64,000 nt of DNA, taken from Verrucomicrobiota bacterium. GTDB lineage: Bacteria > Verrucomicrobiota > Verrucomicrobiia > Limisphaerales > JAHDYP01. The notes under the pieces are model-generated. The model was not told where the DNA came from and did no database searches. It saw only the letters and a program-made list of their open reading frames with translations. The stretch covers positions 8,970 to 72,969 of the forward strand of contig JBJOII010000003.1 in assembly GCA_046047235.1 (NCBI GenBank), given 5' to 3'. Each line of letters begins with the position of its first letter. The stretch's first letter is position 1. Below are positions 9,891 through 18,594 of this stretch, one piece after another. Position numbers and translations under genes: made by a program.

Positions 9891-9934
9891 CTGCGCGCCG
9901 CACTTGGGACGTTCTACGTCCCACCGGCGCGCAG
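9891..9934. repeat. Compound hairpin 17 nt after the trpB stop (10-bp outer stem plus 7-bp inner stem)
   Basis: CTGCGCGCCG...CGGCGCGCAG encloses TGGGACG-ttcta-CGTCCCA. The inner part recurs at 33422-33442. No U-tract follows, so it is not a classical intrinsic terminator. Confidence 0.8.
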
Positions 9935-9978
9935 TGGCCAGTGTTTCGGATCAAGCAGTGCCGCGCCAGCGGCACAAC

Positions 9979-10001
9979 TGGATTTCGCGCAGCGAAATCC
10001 A
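9979..10001. repeat. GCA-triloop hairpin module (TGGATTTCGC-GCA-GCGAAATCCA)
   Basis: Perfect 10-bp stem, identical to the copy at 17421-17443. Confidence 0.9.
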
Positions 10002-10140
10002 ACAGAAGCCCGCTCCAGTGGGCGACAGACCGCGGCCGCAAGGACGCGGTACCGACAGGGACCTGCCCTGAGCCTGTCGAAGGGCCGAATCGCCGGGAGG
10101 CGATCACTGAATCCACCCTCTGCGCGCAGCGCCTGTCCCC

Positions 10141-10238
10141 CAGCTCCCAGCTCCTAGCTCCCAGCTCCCAGCTCCCGTTCCGCGCACGCGGCACTACCCT
10201 CTGCGCTTTGCGCTTCGCGCGCAGCGCGAATTCCTCAG
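10141..10238 (+). repeat. Phased heptamer tract of 14 units (CAGCTCC x5 ... CCCTCTG CGCTTTG CGCTTCG CGCGCAG CGCGAAT TCCTCAG)
   Basis: 98 nt parse into 14 heptamers with no indel. The last unit contains the ppk2 stop codon (10235-10237). Confidence 0.85.
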
Positions 10239-11719
10239 AGCCGCTTCTCCAACGCCTCAACAAAGGCCTTCAACACTTCCAGCCGCGCCACTTGCTTGTC
10301 GTTCCCCGAGACCAGCGACCACGGCGCATCCTGCGTACTGGTATGCGTCACCATGTCATGCACCGCCTGCTCGTATTGCGGCCAACGCTTCCGGTTGCGG
10401 TAGTCTTCCTCAGTGATTTTGTAGTTCTTGTGCCGGACCTGCTCGCGCTTCCGAAAACGCTCCAGCTGTTCCTCCCGGCTGATGTGTAGCCAGAACTTCA
10501 GAACCACCGTGCCGTGCTCCGCCAACTGGCGCTCAAACTCGTTGATCTCATGATAGGCACGCTGCCATTCCGGCCGCGTCGCATATCCCTCCACCCGCTC
10601 CACCAACACCCGGCCATACCACGACCGATCAAACACCGTGACCATCCCCGACCGCGGCAACTGCCGCCAAAACCGCCAGAGATAATGCTGCGCCCGTTCC
10701 TCCTCGCTCGGAGCAGCCACCGGTACCACCCGGAATAACCGCGCGTCCACCGCCTCAGTCACCCGACGAATCGCACTGCCCTTGCCCGCCGCATCCCACC
10801 CCTCAAACACCAGAATGCTCGATATACCCCGCCGATACGCCTCCCAGGTCAACCGGCTCAGCTTCTTCTGCAATCCAGGCAACTGCTTGCCATAAGCCTT
10901 CTTCCCCAGCTGCAACGTCAAATCCACCTTGTCCAGCACCGTGGCCTTGGCCCGACGCGGCTTCGCGTCCTCACGCGTTGCCTTGGGCTTCTCCACATCC
11001 TTCTTCGCCGCCAACGCCAACCGCCCCTCCATGGCATCCACCACGACCTGCCCCGCCGCCAAATCCCGATACCGGTCCTGCCCGGCTTCAATCAATCGCC
11101 ACGCCGCAAACCCCGTGTCGGTCTGGCGAATCACACTCTCCGCCGCAGCCACAAAACACTCATAACTCCGGCCATGCTTGTCCCCGCTCCGCACCATCAC
11201 CAAACCATCCTCCGGACTCTTTCCCCGGGCCTTCAACCGACGACGCTGGTCCTTCTCCGACAAGTGAAACCATAGCTTAATGATCAACGCCCCGTCCTCC
11301 ACCAGCATCCGCTCAAACGCGGCAACCCGTGCCAACCCCATCTCCAAACGCGCCCGACTCAGCTTCCCCCGCGCACGCCCCGCCAGTAAATCCTGATACC
11401 ACGCCCCATAATAAATGCCCACCCGACCCCGCGCCGGAAGACTCCGCCAAAATCGCCAGTAATACGGACGCTCCTCCTCCTCTCCCGATGGGTTCCAAAA
11501 GGTGTGCGTATCAATCCCCCGAGGATCCAGCCACTCGTTGAGATGATGCACCACCTCGCCCTTGTCCGCCCCGTCCATCCCCGCCACAATAATCACCACC
11601 GGAACCCCGGCCCGCCGCAAAGCCTGCTGCGCTTCCAGTAACCGCAGCCTCAGCTCAGGCAGTTGCTCCGCATACTCCTCCTTGGAGAGAGTCCGTCCCA
11701 GTTCGGCAGCTTCGAACAT
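10235..11719 (-). CDS. ppk2: Two-domain polyphosphate kinase 2 (polyphosphate:AMP phosphotransferase type)
   Basis: Two tandem PPK2 modules, each with a P-loop-like motif (GMDGADKGE, GWDAAGKGS) and a WRFWRxLP motif. ATG at 11719 (MFEAAELG) is preferred over the longer track start at 11755. Confidence 0.88.
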   Translation of the reverse strand: MFEAAELGRTLSKEEYAEQLPELRLRLLEAQQALRRAGVPVVIIVAGMDGADKGEVVHHLNEWLDPRGIDTHTFWNPSGEEEERPYYWRFWRSLPARGRVGIYYGAWYQDLLAGRARGKLSRARLEMGLARVAAFERMLVEDGALIIKLWFHLSEKDQRRRLKARGKSPEDGLVMVRSGDKHGRSYECFVAAAESVIRQTDTGFAAWRLIEAGQDRYRDLAAGQVVVDAMEGRLALAAKKDVEKPKATREDAKPRRAKATVLDKVDLTLQLGKKAYGKQLPGLQKKLSRLTWEAYRRGISSILVFEGWDAAGKGSAIRRVTEAVDARLFRVVPVAAPSEEERAQHYLWRFWRQLPRSGMVTVFDRSWYGRVLVERVEGYATRPEWQRAYHEINEFERQLAEHGTVVLKFWLHISREEQLERFRKREQVRHKNYKITEEDYRNRKRWPQYEQAVHDMVTHTSTQDAPWSLVSGNDKQVARLEVLKAFVEALEKRL

Positions 11720-11850
11720 GGGACGGAACTTACGCCCGCCAACCAAAGCCGCCAAGCCGCTTTGTCACCCCTCGCGCAGCGCCCGTCCCCCCCGACCCTG
11801 CCGGAGTTTCGGAGTTTCAGTGTTTCGGAACACCGGTAAACCGGCAGCCC

Positions 11851-11899
11851 TCTCCCCTCTCCTCTCTCCTCTCTCCCTGCGGCCCGTCCTCGGGCCGCA
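11851..11899 (+). repeat. Polypyrimidine tract plus hairpin module (TGCGGCCCG-tcct-CGGGCCGCA)
   Basis: TCTCCCCTCTCCTCTCTCCTCTCTCCC followed by a perfect 9-bp stem. The same architecture occurs at 24453, 30679 and 62755. Confidence 0.85.
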
Positions 11900-11903
11900 A
11901 GAG

Positions 11904-11959
11904 CCCTCAGCCCTCAGCCCTCAGCCCTCAGCGCTATGCGCTTGCCGCACAGCGCTTGG
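11904..11959 (+). repeat. Phased heptamer tract of 8 units (CCCTCAG x4, CGCTATG, CGCTTGC, CGCACAG, CGCTTGG)
   Basis: Read directly from the sequence. It lies in the divergent ppk2/protease promoter region. Confidence 0.85.
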
Positions 11960-11996
11960 CCCAGAATGCCCCTTGACCCATCCCACACCTGCATCC

Positions 11997-13460
11997 ATGT
12001 TCCCAGCCGTGTTCAAACGGTCCCTAGCCTTCCTGACCCTGCTCCTCTGCACGGTAGCCAGCCCCGCCGCAGAACTGGAGCGCTCAGTCGTCCAAATCAT
12101 TACCTTCAGCCAGGAACCCCAGTGGGATACGCCCTGGCGCCAAACCGGAGTCCGCCGCGGCAGCGGAACCGGATTCCTCATCCAAGGTAAACGCATCCTC
12201 ACCAATGCCCACGTCATCGGCTGGGCCCGCCAAATCCTCATCCGCCGACACCAGGACCCCCAACCCTACCTCGCCCACGTCGTGTTCGCCGGACACGACT
12301 GCGACCTCGCCCTGCTCGAGGTCGAAGACCCCGCCTTCTACGAAGGTCTGGAACCCCTCGAGTTCGGCCCCCTGCCCAAAGTCCAGTCCACTGTCGTCAC
12401 CTGCGGCTACCCCGCCGGAGGTGAACAAGTCTCATTCACCCGCGGCGTAGTCTCCCGAATCGAACTGCAAAATTTCGTCCATATCGGTAACCGCAACTTC
12501 CTCGCCGTCCAAACCGATGCCGCCATCAACCCCGGCAACAGCGGCGGACCCGTGTTCCAGGACGACCGCGTGGTCGGCGTCGCCTTCCAAGGTATCCCCG
12601 GCCTCGAAAACGCCGGCTTCTTCATCCCCCTACCCATCATCGAACACTTCCTCAAAGACGTTGCCGACGGCACCTACGACGGATTCCCCTCAGCCGGCAT
12701 CCGTATCACCGCCCTGCATAATCCCGCCTACCGCCGCTACCTCGGACTGGACCAACCCGGTCTCGGCGCCCGTGTCGACGGACTCCTCCCCATTCCCTCC
12801 ACCCGCAAATTGCTCCAGCCCGACGATGTCCTGCTCCAGGTCGGCGAATTCCCCATCGGCAGCGACGGCTCCGTGCTCTTCGAAGGCAACCGCGTCTTCG
12901 GCGGTGTCGCCTTCCAGCTCGCCCAAAACGGTGAGTCCGTCCCCCTCAAAATCTGGCGCAATGGACAACAGCTCGATATCCAGCTCCCCGTCGAGGTCTA
13001 TGAAGGTGACAGCCTCCTCAGCAACCATTACGACACCCCGCCACGCTACTACGTCCACGCCGGACTCGTCTTTACCCCGCTCAGCCTGGACTACCTCAAA
13101 ACCCAGGGCCGCAACTGGCGCGATAACGCCAATAACGAAATCGTCTACGAAATGTACTACCGACGACAGGAAGCACCGGAAACCGCCCGCACCGAACCCA
13201 TCGTCCTCTCCGCCGTGCTCACCCACCCCGTCAATGTCAACCTGCGCTACGGCGCACGATCCCTCGTCGATACCATCAACGGCGTCCGGATCGACCGGCT
13301 CGAGGACGTCATCAAGGCCTTCAACAACGCCACCAACAGCCACCACGTGCTCGAATTCCTCCCGAACCGCTCACTGGAAACCATCGACCGCCAAGCCGCA
13401 GCCAACGCCCACCAGGAAATCCTGCGCACCTACGCCGTCCCCAACGACCGACGCCTATGA
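11997..13460 (+). CDS. Secreted trypsin-like serine protease (S1C/Deg-like) with a PDZ-like C-terminal region
   Basis: ATG at 11997 gives signal peptide MFPAVFKRSLAFLTLLLCTVASPAA. The catalytic triad is intact: LTNAHVI (His), DCDLALLEV (Asp), NPGNSGGPV (Ser). Confidence 0.85.
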   Translation: MFPAVFKRSLAFLTLLLCTVASPAAELERSVVQIITFSQEPQWDTPWRQTGVRRGSGTGFLIQGKRILTNAHVIGWARQILIRRHQDPQPYLAHVVFAGHDCDLALLEVEDPAFYEGLEPLEFGPLPKVQSTVVTCGYPAGGEQVSFTRGVVSRIELQNFVHIGNRNFLAVQTDAAINPGNSGGPVFQDDRVVGVAFQGIPGLENAGFFIPLPIIEHFLKDVADGTYDGFPSAGIRITALHNPAYRRYLGLDQPGLGARVDGLLPIPSTRKLLQPDDVLLQVGEFPIGSDGSVLFEGNRVFGGVAFQLAQNGESVPLKIWRNGQQLDIQLPVEVYEGDSLLSNHYDTPPRYYVHAGLVFTPLSLDYLKTQGRNWRDNANNEIVYEMYYRRQEAPETARTEPIVLSAVLTHPVNVNLRYGARSLVDTINGVRIDRLEDVIKAFNNATNSHHVLEFLPNRSLETIDRQAAANAHQEILRTYAVPNDRRL

Positions 13461-14935
13461 ACCTTCGCTGGCCCACCATCATCCTCCTCGCCCTGCCGTT
13501 GCTCGCCAACGCAGCCGTCCGCTCCTCCGCAGCTCGACGCTGGGAATCCTCCACCGTCGCGCTCGAAGTCAGCAGCAAACAATATAACTACCTGCAGCCC
13601 TGGTGGCGCGGCTCACAAACCGTGCTCAAACCCGGCGTCGTCCTCGATGTCAAAAAACAAACCCTGCTCACCACAGCCTTCGGCCTCGGCAACGTCACGG
13701 TAGTCCGCGCCCAATCCAACGGCCGCGGCCGATGGTTCGACGCCGAAGTCGAATGGGCCGACGCCGATGCCAACGTCGCTCTCGTCACGGTGAAAGACGC
13801 CGAGTTCTGGAAAGGCCTGAAACCCGTCCGCTTCGCCAATAGTATTCCCGATAACGACGGCATGCAGATCGTGCGCTGGCGCACCGGCAGCCTCGAACTG
13901 CGCAACGCCGAGTTCAATCGCTACACGGTCAGCAACCCCACCGGCGGCGACGCCGCCCACGTAGTCCTCGAGGTCAACTCCGAGATCGACGGCACCGGCT
14001 GGGGCGAACCCCTCGTGGCCAAAGGACGCCTCCTCGGACTCGTCTTCGCCGCCCAGGGCAACTTGTCCCAGGTCCTCACCGCACCCTTCATCAAGACGGT
14101 CCTCAAAGCTCACGCCGAGGGGACCTACACCGGACTCGGCTACTTCGACTTTACCTGGCAACAAACCGCCAACCCCGACACGCTCCAATACCTCGGACTC
14201 CCCGAGTCCAGCCAGGGCGTCGTCATCATCGATGTCCCCAAACACTCCCCCACCACCAGCGTCCTGCAACCACGCGACGTCATCCTCAAGGTCGGCAATT
14301 ACACGATCGATAACGAGGGAGACTACGATGACCCCCTCTACGGCCACCTCATGCTGGAGGCCCTCTCCACCCGGGACCACTGGGCCGGCCAATCCATCCC
14401 CATGACAATCTGGCGCAATAACCAGGAACTCACGGTCCAATATACGCTCCGCCCCATCCGCCACGCAGCCCGCCTCGTGCCCGAAGAATCCGCCGCAGAA
14501 CCCCCCCAATACCTCATCGCCGGCGGACTGATCTTCCAGCCTCTCACCCGGAATTACCTCCGCAGCTGGGGCCCCGCCTGGGAACGATCCGCCCCATTCC
14601 GCCTCGCCTACTTCCGCTCAGAAGAACCCACACCCGATAAACCCGGCCTCGTCATCCTCACCTCCGTGCTGCCCGACAGCATCAACCTCGGCTACCAGGA
14701 AGCCCAGCAGCTCGTGCTCGAAAAGGTCAACGGTCACCCCATCAGTAATCTCACCGCCCTGCAGGATGCCCTCAAACAACCCCAAAACGACTTCCACCTG
14801 TTCGAGTTCATGGACGGTGAATCCCTCCAGCGTATCGTGCTCGATGCCTCTCAGGTCAACACCGCCAACCAACGCATCCTCCAGCGCTACGGCATCGAGT
14901 CCGCCGCCGAAATCCCCGCCGAAACACAACCCTGA
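13457..14935 (+). CDS. Paralog of the S1C protease lacking the catalytic His and Ser (pseudoprotease)
   Basis: Signal peptide MNLRWPTIILLALPLLANA and the same overall architecture. LTNAHV is replaced by LLTTAFG and GNSGGP by GTGWGEP. Its ATG overlaps the upstream stop (ATGA at 13457-13460). Confidence 0.72.
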   Translation: MNLRWPTIILLALPLLANAAVRSSAARRWESSTVALEVSSKQYNYLQPWWRGSQTVLKPGVVLDVKKQTLLTTAFGLGNVTVVRAQSNGRGRWFDAEVEWADADANVALVTVKDAEFWKGLKPVRFANSIPDNDGMQIVRWRTGSLELRNAEFNRYTVSNPTGGDAAHVVLEVNSEIDGTGWGEPLVAKGRLLGLVFAAQGNLSQVLTAPFIKTVLKAHAEGTYTGLGYFDFTWQQTANPDTLQYLGLPESSQGVVIIDVPKHSPTTSVLQPRDVILKVGNYTIDNEGDYDDPLYGHLMLEALSTRDHWAGQSIPMTIWRNNQELTVQYTLRPIRHAARLVPEESAAEPPQYLIAGGLIFQPLTRNYLRSWGPAWERSAPFRLAYFRSEEPTPDKPGLVILTSVLPDSINLGYQEAQQLVLEKVNGHPISNLTALQDALKQPQNDFHLFEFMDGESLQRIVLDASQVNTANQRILQRYGIESAAEIPAETQP

Positions 14936-15127
14936 ATCACTGCGCACCCCATACAGGTCGCAGATACCCGGGATACCCTCACACCCGCCCCGCAACCCCA
15001 TGCCGGAGCAATCGGCCAACTCCGCCCCTGTCAGTAAAACCCCGCACACGCTGTAAGGAAACGCCTGCCACCACCATCAGGCTTCCCCCATCTGGTTCCA
15101 CCCCGCTCGCAGGCCTATGTTGTCAGC

Positions 15128-15574
15128 ATGATGCGAGCCGCAAAACTCTTCGCTCTGGAGGACAACGCCATGGTCATGCGGGGCCTGCAGCACATGGCCA
15201 GCGCCATCCGTAACATCGAATGGATGCACGGCGCACGGGATCTGCCCGAAGCACTCGACTACCTCCAACACCACCAGCCGGATATCGCCATCCTTGACCT
15301 CGAACTGCCCGGCGGCAGCGGCATGCAGGCCATTTATCAACTCCAACAACACGCACCCCAGTGTCGTATCGCCGTGTTCTCCGGAAAGATGAACAACGAA
15401 GTCAGCGCCCTCTGCAAGCTGGCCGGGGCCACAGCCTGCTTCCATAAACTCGCCGATGTCGACCAACTCAACGCCGCCCTCCGCCTCTGGGCCCAGGAAT
15501 TCCAGGCAACCGAAGAACCCCTCTCCCCAACGCTTTCAGCTCGAGCAACCGCTACGCCACACCACAACGAATAA
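15128..15574 (+). CDS. Stand-alone response-regulator receiver protein
   Basis: Receiver landmarks LFALEDN, AILDLELPGGSG, VFSG and FHKL. It has no output domain. Its 3' end overlaps the convergent dehydrogenase gene by 23 nt. Confidence 0.7.
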   Translation: MMRAAKLFALEDNAMVMRGLQHMASAIRNIEWMHGARDLPEALDYLQHHQPDIAILDLELPGGSGMQAIYQLQQHAPQCRIAVFSGKMNNEVSALCKLAGATACFHKLADVDQLNAALRLWAQEFQATEEPLSPTLSARATATPHHNE

Positions 15575-16589
15575 CCGCCTTGCCCAATACCCGACCCGAC
15601 CGAAGGTCAGCAAACGCCCGCGCAGTCTCCTCCAACCCATAGACCTCATGCACCACAGGCCGAAGCCAACCCTCGGCCACCGCCCGCAGCGTCGCCTCCA
15701 TGTCACGACGATTGCGACCATAACTCCCCACCAGACGCTGCTGCTTCACAAATAACGGCCACAAATTCAGCTTCACCTCGCGTCCCGCCGTCGCCCCGCA
15801 GGTCACAATCGATCCCCCGCGAGCCAAACAGTGAAAACACTGCTCCAAGACCACACCCCCCACATGCTCAACGACAACATCCACTCCCCGCCGCCCCGTC
15901 ACCCGACGCACCTCCGCCATCCAATTCTCCCCGCCAGTGTCCACCGCATGCTCCGCCCCAAGGGATAACCCAAGCGCCCGCTTCGCCTCACTCCGACCCG
16001 TGGTGATCACCCGCGCACCACAATGCCGCGCAATCTGGATCGCCGCCGACCCCACCCCGCTCGCCGCCCCCACCACCAGCACCCAGTCGCCCTCCCGCAC
16101 CCGAACCCGGTCCGTCAACATGTGCATCGCCGTGCTGCCCGCCAAGGTCAGCGCCGCCGAATCCACCAGCTCCACCCCGTCAGGAACCCGCACCAAGGCA
16201 TCAGCCGATACCGCCACGCGCTCGGCAAACCCACCGTCGCAATCCACCCCCAGCAACCGCCCCTGTAAACACAACGATTCCTCACCCCGTTCGCAAAACT
16301 CACACCGGCCACAAAACAGGTTCGACTGCACCGCCACCACCTCCCCCACACGCCAACCCTGCACCCCCTCACCCACCATAGCCACCCGACCCGCCACCTC
16401 GCATCCCTGTATCCTCGGCAGCACCGGCTTCACCGGCAACCCGTTCTCCTCCAGCCACAAATCCAAATGGTTCAACCCGCAGGCCACCACATCCACCACC
16501 ACCTGCCCCACCCCCGGTACAGGATCCGCCACCGCCTCATACCGCATTTCCCCGGGGTTTCCGTGCGCCGTCAGTCTCATCGCTTGCAT
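15552..16589 (-). CDS. Zinc-type alcohol dehydrogenase / quinone oxidoreductase (MDR family)
   Basis: Structural-zinc Cys cluster CGRCEFCERGEESLC and Rossmann motif VVGAASGVGSAAIQIA. ATG 16589 or 16580 is preferred to the track start at 16643. Confidence 0.82.
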   Translation of the reverse strand: MQAMRLTAHGNPGEMRYEAVADPVPGVGQVVVDVVACGLNHLDLWLEENGLPVKPVLPRIQGCEVAGRVAMVGEGVQGWRVGEVVAVQSNLFCGRCEFCERGEESLCLQGRLLGVDCDGGFAERVAVSADALVRVPDGVELVDSAALTLAGSTAMHMLTDRVRVREGDWVLVVGAASGVGSAAIQIARHCGARVITTGRSEAKRALGLSLGAEHAVDTGGENWMAEVRRVTGRRGVDVVVEHVGGVVLEQCFHCLARGGSIVTCGATAGREVKLNLWPLFVKQQRLVGSYGRNRRDMEATLRAVAEGWLRPVVHEVYGLEETARAFADLRSGRVLGKAVIRCGVA

Positions 16590-16718
16590 ACCACCCATTC
16601 CACGCCACCCGCCGCCAACCCAACAAGCCCAATCCACAACCACAATCCACCCAAATCATCCACACCCCGTAACTGCTTGGCGCTTGTCTTGCCTCTCGCC
16701 GTCAGCCAGACTCCCCGC

Positions 16719-17123
16719 ATGTCTGAGATCGCATTGTTTGTTCGCCACGGGGCCTCTCGAATTACCCAGAAAGTGCTCAAGGGCATCCACAAACAACTGC
16801 CCATGCTCAAGGTCGAGTTCGCCCAGATCAACGCCCCCAAATTTCCCCATCTCGTCGAACAATTGGAATTCCTCGCCAATGTCGTCGAAGATTTCGCGGA
16901 AAATGCCGACGAAGAACTCACCCTCGTCGCCGTCGCCTCAGCCGCGTTCGCCCTCGCCTACGCCCACCGCCGCATGGACCTGATCCCCGACCAAAACCCC
17001 GACTACGGCTTCGCCGACGACTCGGCCGTAGTCCGCGCCGTGCTCATCGAGTTCGAACGCGTCTTCGAAGCCTACGCCCATCGGCAACGCTTCACCTGGA
17101 GCAAAATCACCATCAAACCCTGA
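16719..17123 (+). CDS. DUF1232/YkvA-like small protein
   Basis: ATG at 16719 (MSEIALF...). LIPDQNPDYGFADDSAVVRAVL resembles the IPD...DD core of DUF1232. The upstream part of the track ORF is His/Pro-rich shadow. Confidence 0.55.
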   Translation: MSEIALFVRHGASRITQKVLKGIHKQLPMLKVEFAQINAPKFPHLVEQLEFLANVVEDFAENADEELTLVAVASAAFALAYAHRRMDLIPDQNPDYGFADDSAVVRAVLIEFERVFEAYAHRQRFTWSKITIKP

Positions 17124-17420
17124 CCCCCGCCCCAAAGGCGCATCGTAGCGGGTAGCCGGGACCCAATCCATGCAGCATACCCTTGCGGGTGGGGACGACC
17201 TGTCCCGCGACCGCGGAATCCTCCAAATCGTTGCACCCACCTCGGCATCCAAATCGAAATCGCTATCGGGATCGAAATCGGAATAGCCAGGCGAGCGTAG
17301 AGAGAAAAGAGTTACCCCCGCCCCAAAGGCGCGTCGTCCACCAAATCACTGCACCCACCTCGCACCGGCAGGGACGACCCGCCCCCACGCTTCGGAATTT
17401 CTGTGTTTCAGCGCAGCCAC

Positions 17421-17443
17421 TGGATTTCGCGCAGCGAAATCCA
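17421..17443. repeat. GCA-triloop hairpin module (TGGATTTCGC-GCA-GCGAAATCCA)
   Basis: Identical to 9979-10001. It sits 5 nt from the dus stop (17449-17451) and shares the 3' flank CAT(A/C)GACCT with the copy at 314. Confidence 0.9.
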
Positions 17444-17448
17444 TCGAC

Positions 17449-18555
17449 CTACCACAGCTCCACCGGCCCCTTCGGCACCGCAACCCGCATACCCGCCTCC
17501 ACCTCCTCACCATCTTCCTTGAACGCAACCGCCAAAGGCGGCGGAGCATACCGCGACTGCAGCTGGCCCGCCCCATCCTCAAACTGCACCCGCCAGTCCA
17601 AATAACCCGCAACAATCTCGTCAAACTCAGCCCGCGTGGCCAGACGGACCACCCGCTTGTTGAAATAGCTCGAGGGACCAAACCGCCGCGCATACCACGG
17701 GGCCACTTTCCGGAACATGCGGCATCCAAGATCCTCCCCAAATACCTCCACCATCCGGTCAAGATGCAGGGTCATCACCCGTAACCGTTCACCAAACTCC
17801 GGCTCCTCCAACTCCTCCCCCGTACGCAGGTAGTGCTCGGTCTGACGAAAAATCCATGGGTTATAAAACGCCCCCCGCCCCACACTCACCCCGGCACAGC
17901 CCGTCTCCTCCAGCATCCGCTTCGCCGCCTGCGGCGTCGTCACATCCCCGTTCCCCACCACCGGAATCCCCGGCGCAGCCTCCACCACAGCTCGAATTCC
18001 CTCCAAACTCACCCTCCCGCTAAAACCCTGCTGACGCGTCCTGCCATGGACAAAGACCGCCGCCACACCCACGTCCGCCACCGCCCGAGCCAAGTCGGGT
18101 GCCGTCAGATTCTCCTCGTCCCAGCCCAAGCGCATCTTGACGGTCACCGGAATCCTCACCGCCTCAACCATCCCCCGCACCAGCCCAACCGTCCGGTCCA
18201 AATCGTTCATCATCGCCGATCCGCCACCCACCTTGCAGACCTTGCGAACCGGACAGCCCATGTTGATGTCCACCGAAGCCACCCCCATGCCCTCAAGAAT
18301 CACTGCAGCATCCCGCATCTCCTCCGGCACCGCACCAAACAACTGCACCGCCAACGGTCTGTCGCCCTCGCAGGACTCCACCAATTTCAAAGCCTTCGGC
18401 CTCCGCTCCAGCAGGGAACGCGCATTCACCAGATCCGTCGTCGCCAAACCCAAGCCACCCAGCTCACGCAGGGTCAACCGAAACGGCAGGTTGGTATACC
18501 CCGCCAACGGCGACAAACACAGGTTCGTGGCCAACTCTAGACTCCCAAATCGCAT
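17449..18555 (-). CDS. dus: tRNA-dihydrouridine synthase
   Basis: LSPLAGYTNLPFR, DINMGCPVRKV (catalytic Cys) and VHGRTRQQ. ATG at 18555 (MRFGSLEL) is preferred to the TTG track start at 18579. Confidence 0.88.
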   Translation of the reverse strand: MRFGSLELATNLCLSPLAGYTNLPFRLTLRELGGLGLATTDLVNARSLLERRPKALKLVESCEGDRPLAVQLFGAVPEEMRDAAVILEGMGVASVDINMGCPVRKVCKVGGGSAMMNDLDRTVGLVRGMVEAVRIPVTVKMRLGWDEENLTAPDLARAVADVGVAAVFVHGRTRQQGFSGRVSLEGIRAVVEAAPGIPVVGNGDVTTPQAAKRMLEETGCAGVSVGRGAFYNPWIFRQTEHYLRTGEELEEPEFGERLRVMTLHLDRMVEVFGEDLGCRMFRKVAPWYARRFGPSSYFNKRVVRLATRAEFDEIVAGYLDWRVQFEDGAGQLQSRYAPPPLAVAFKEDGEEVEAGMRVAVPKGPVELW

Positions 18556-18594
18556 CGCCGGAAAAACTATAGAACCCAACGCACAGAGCCAGCC

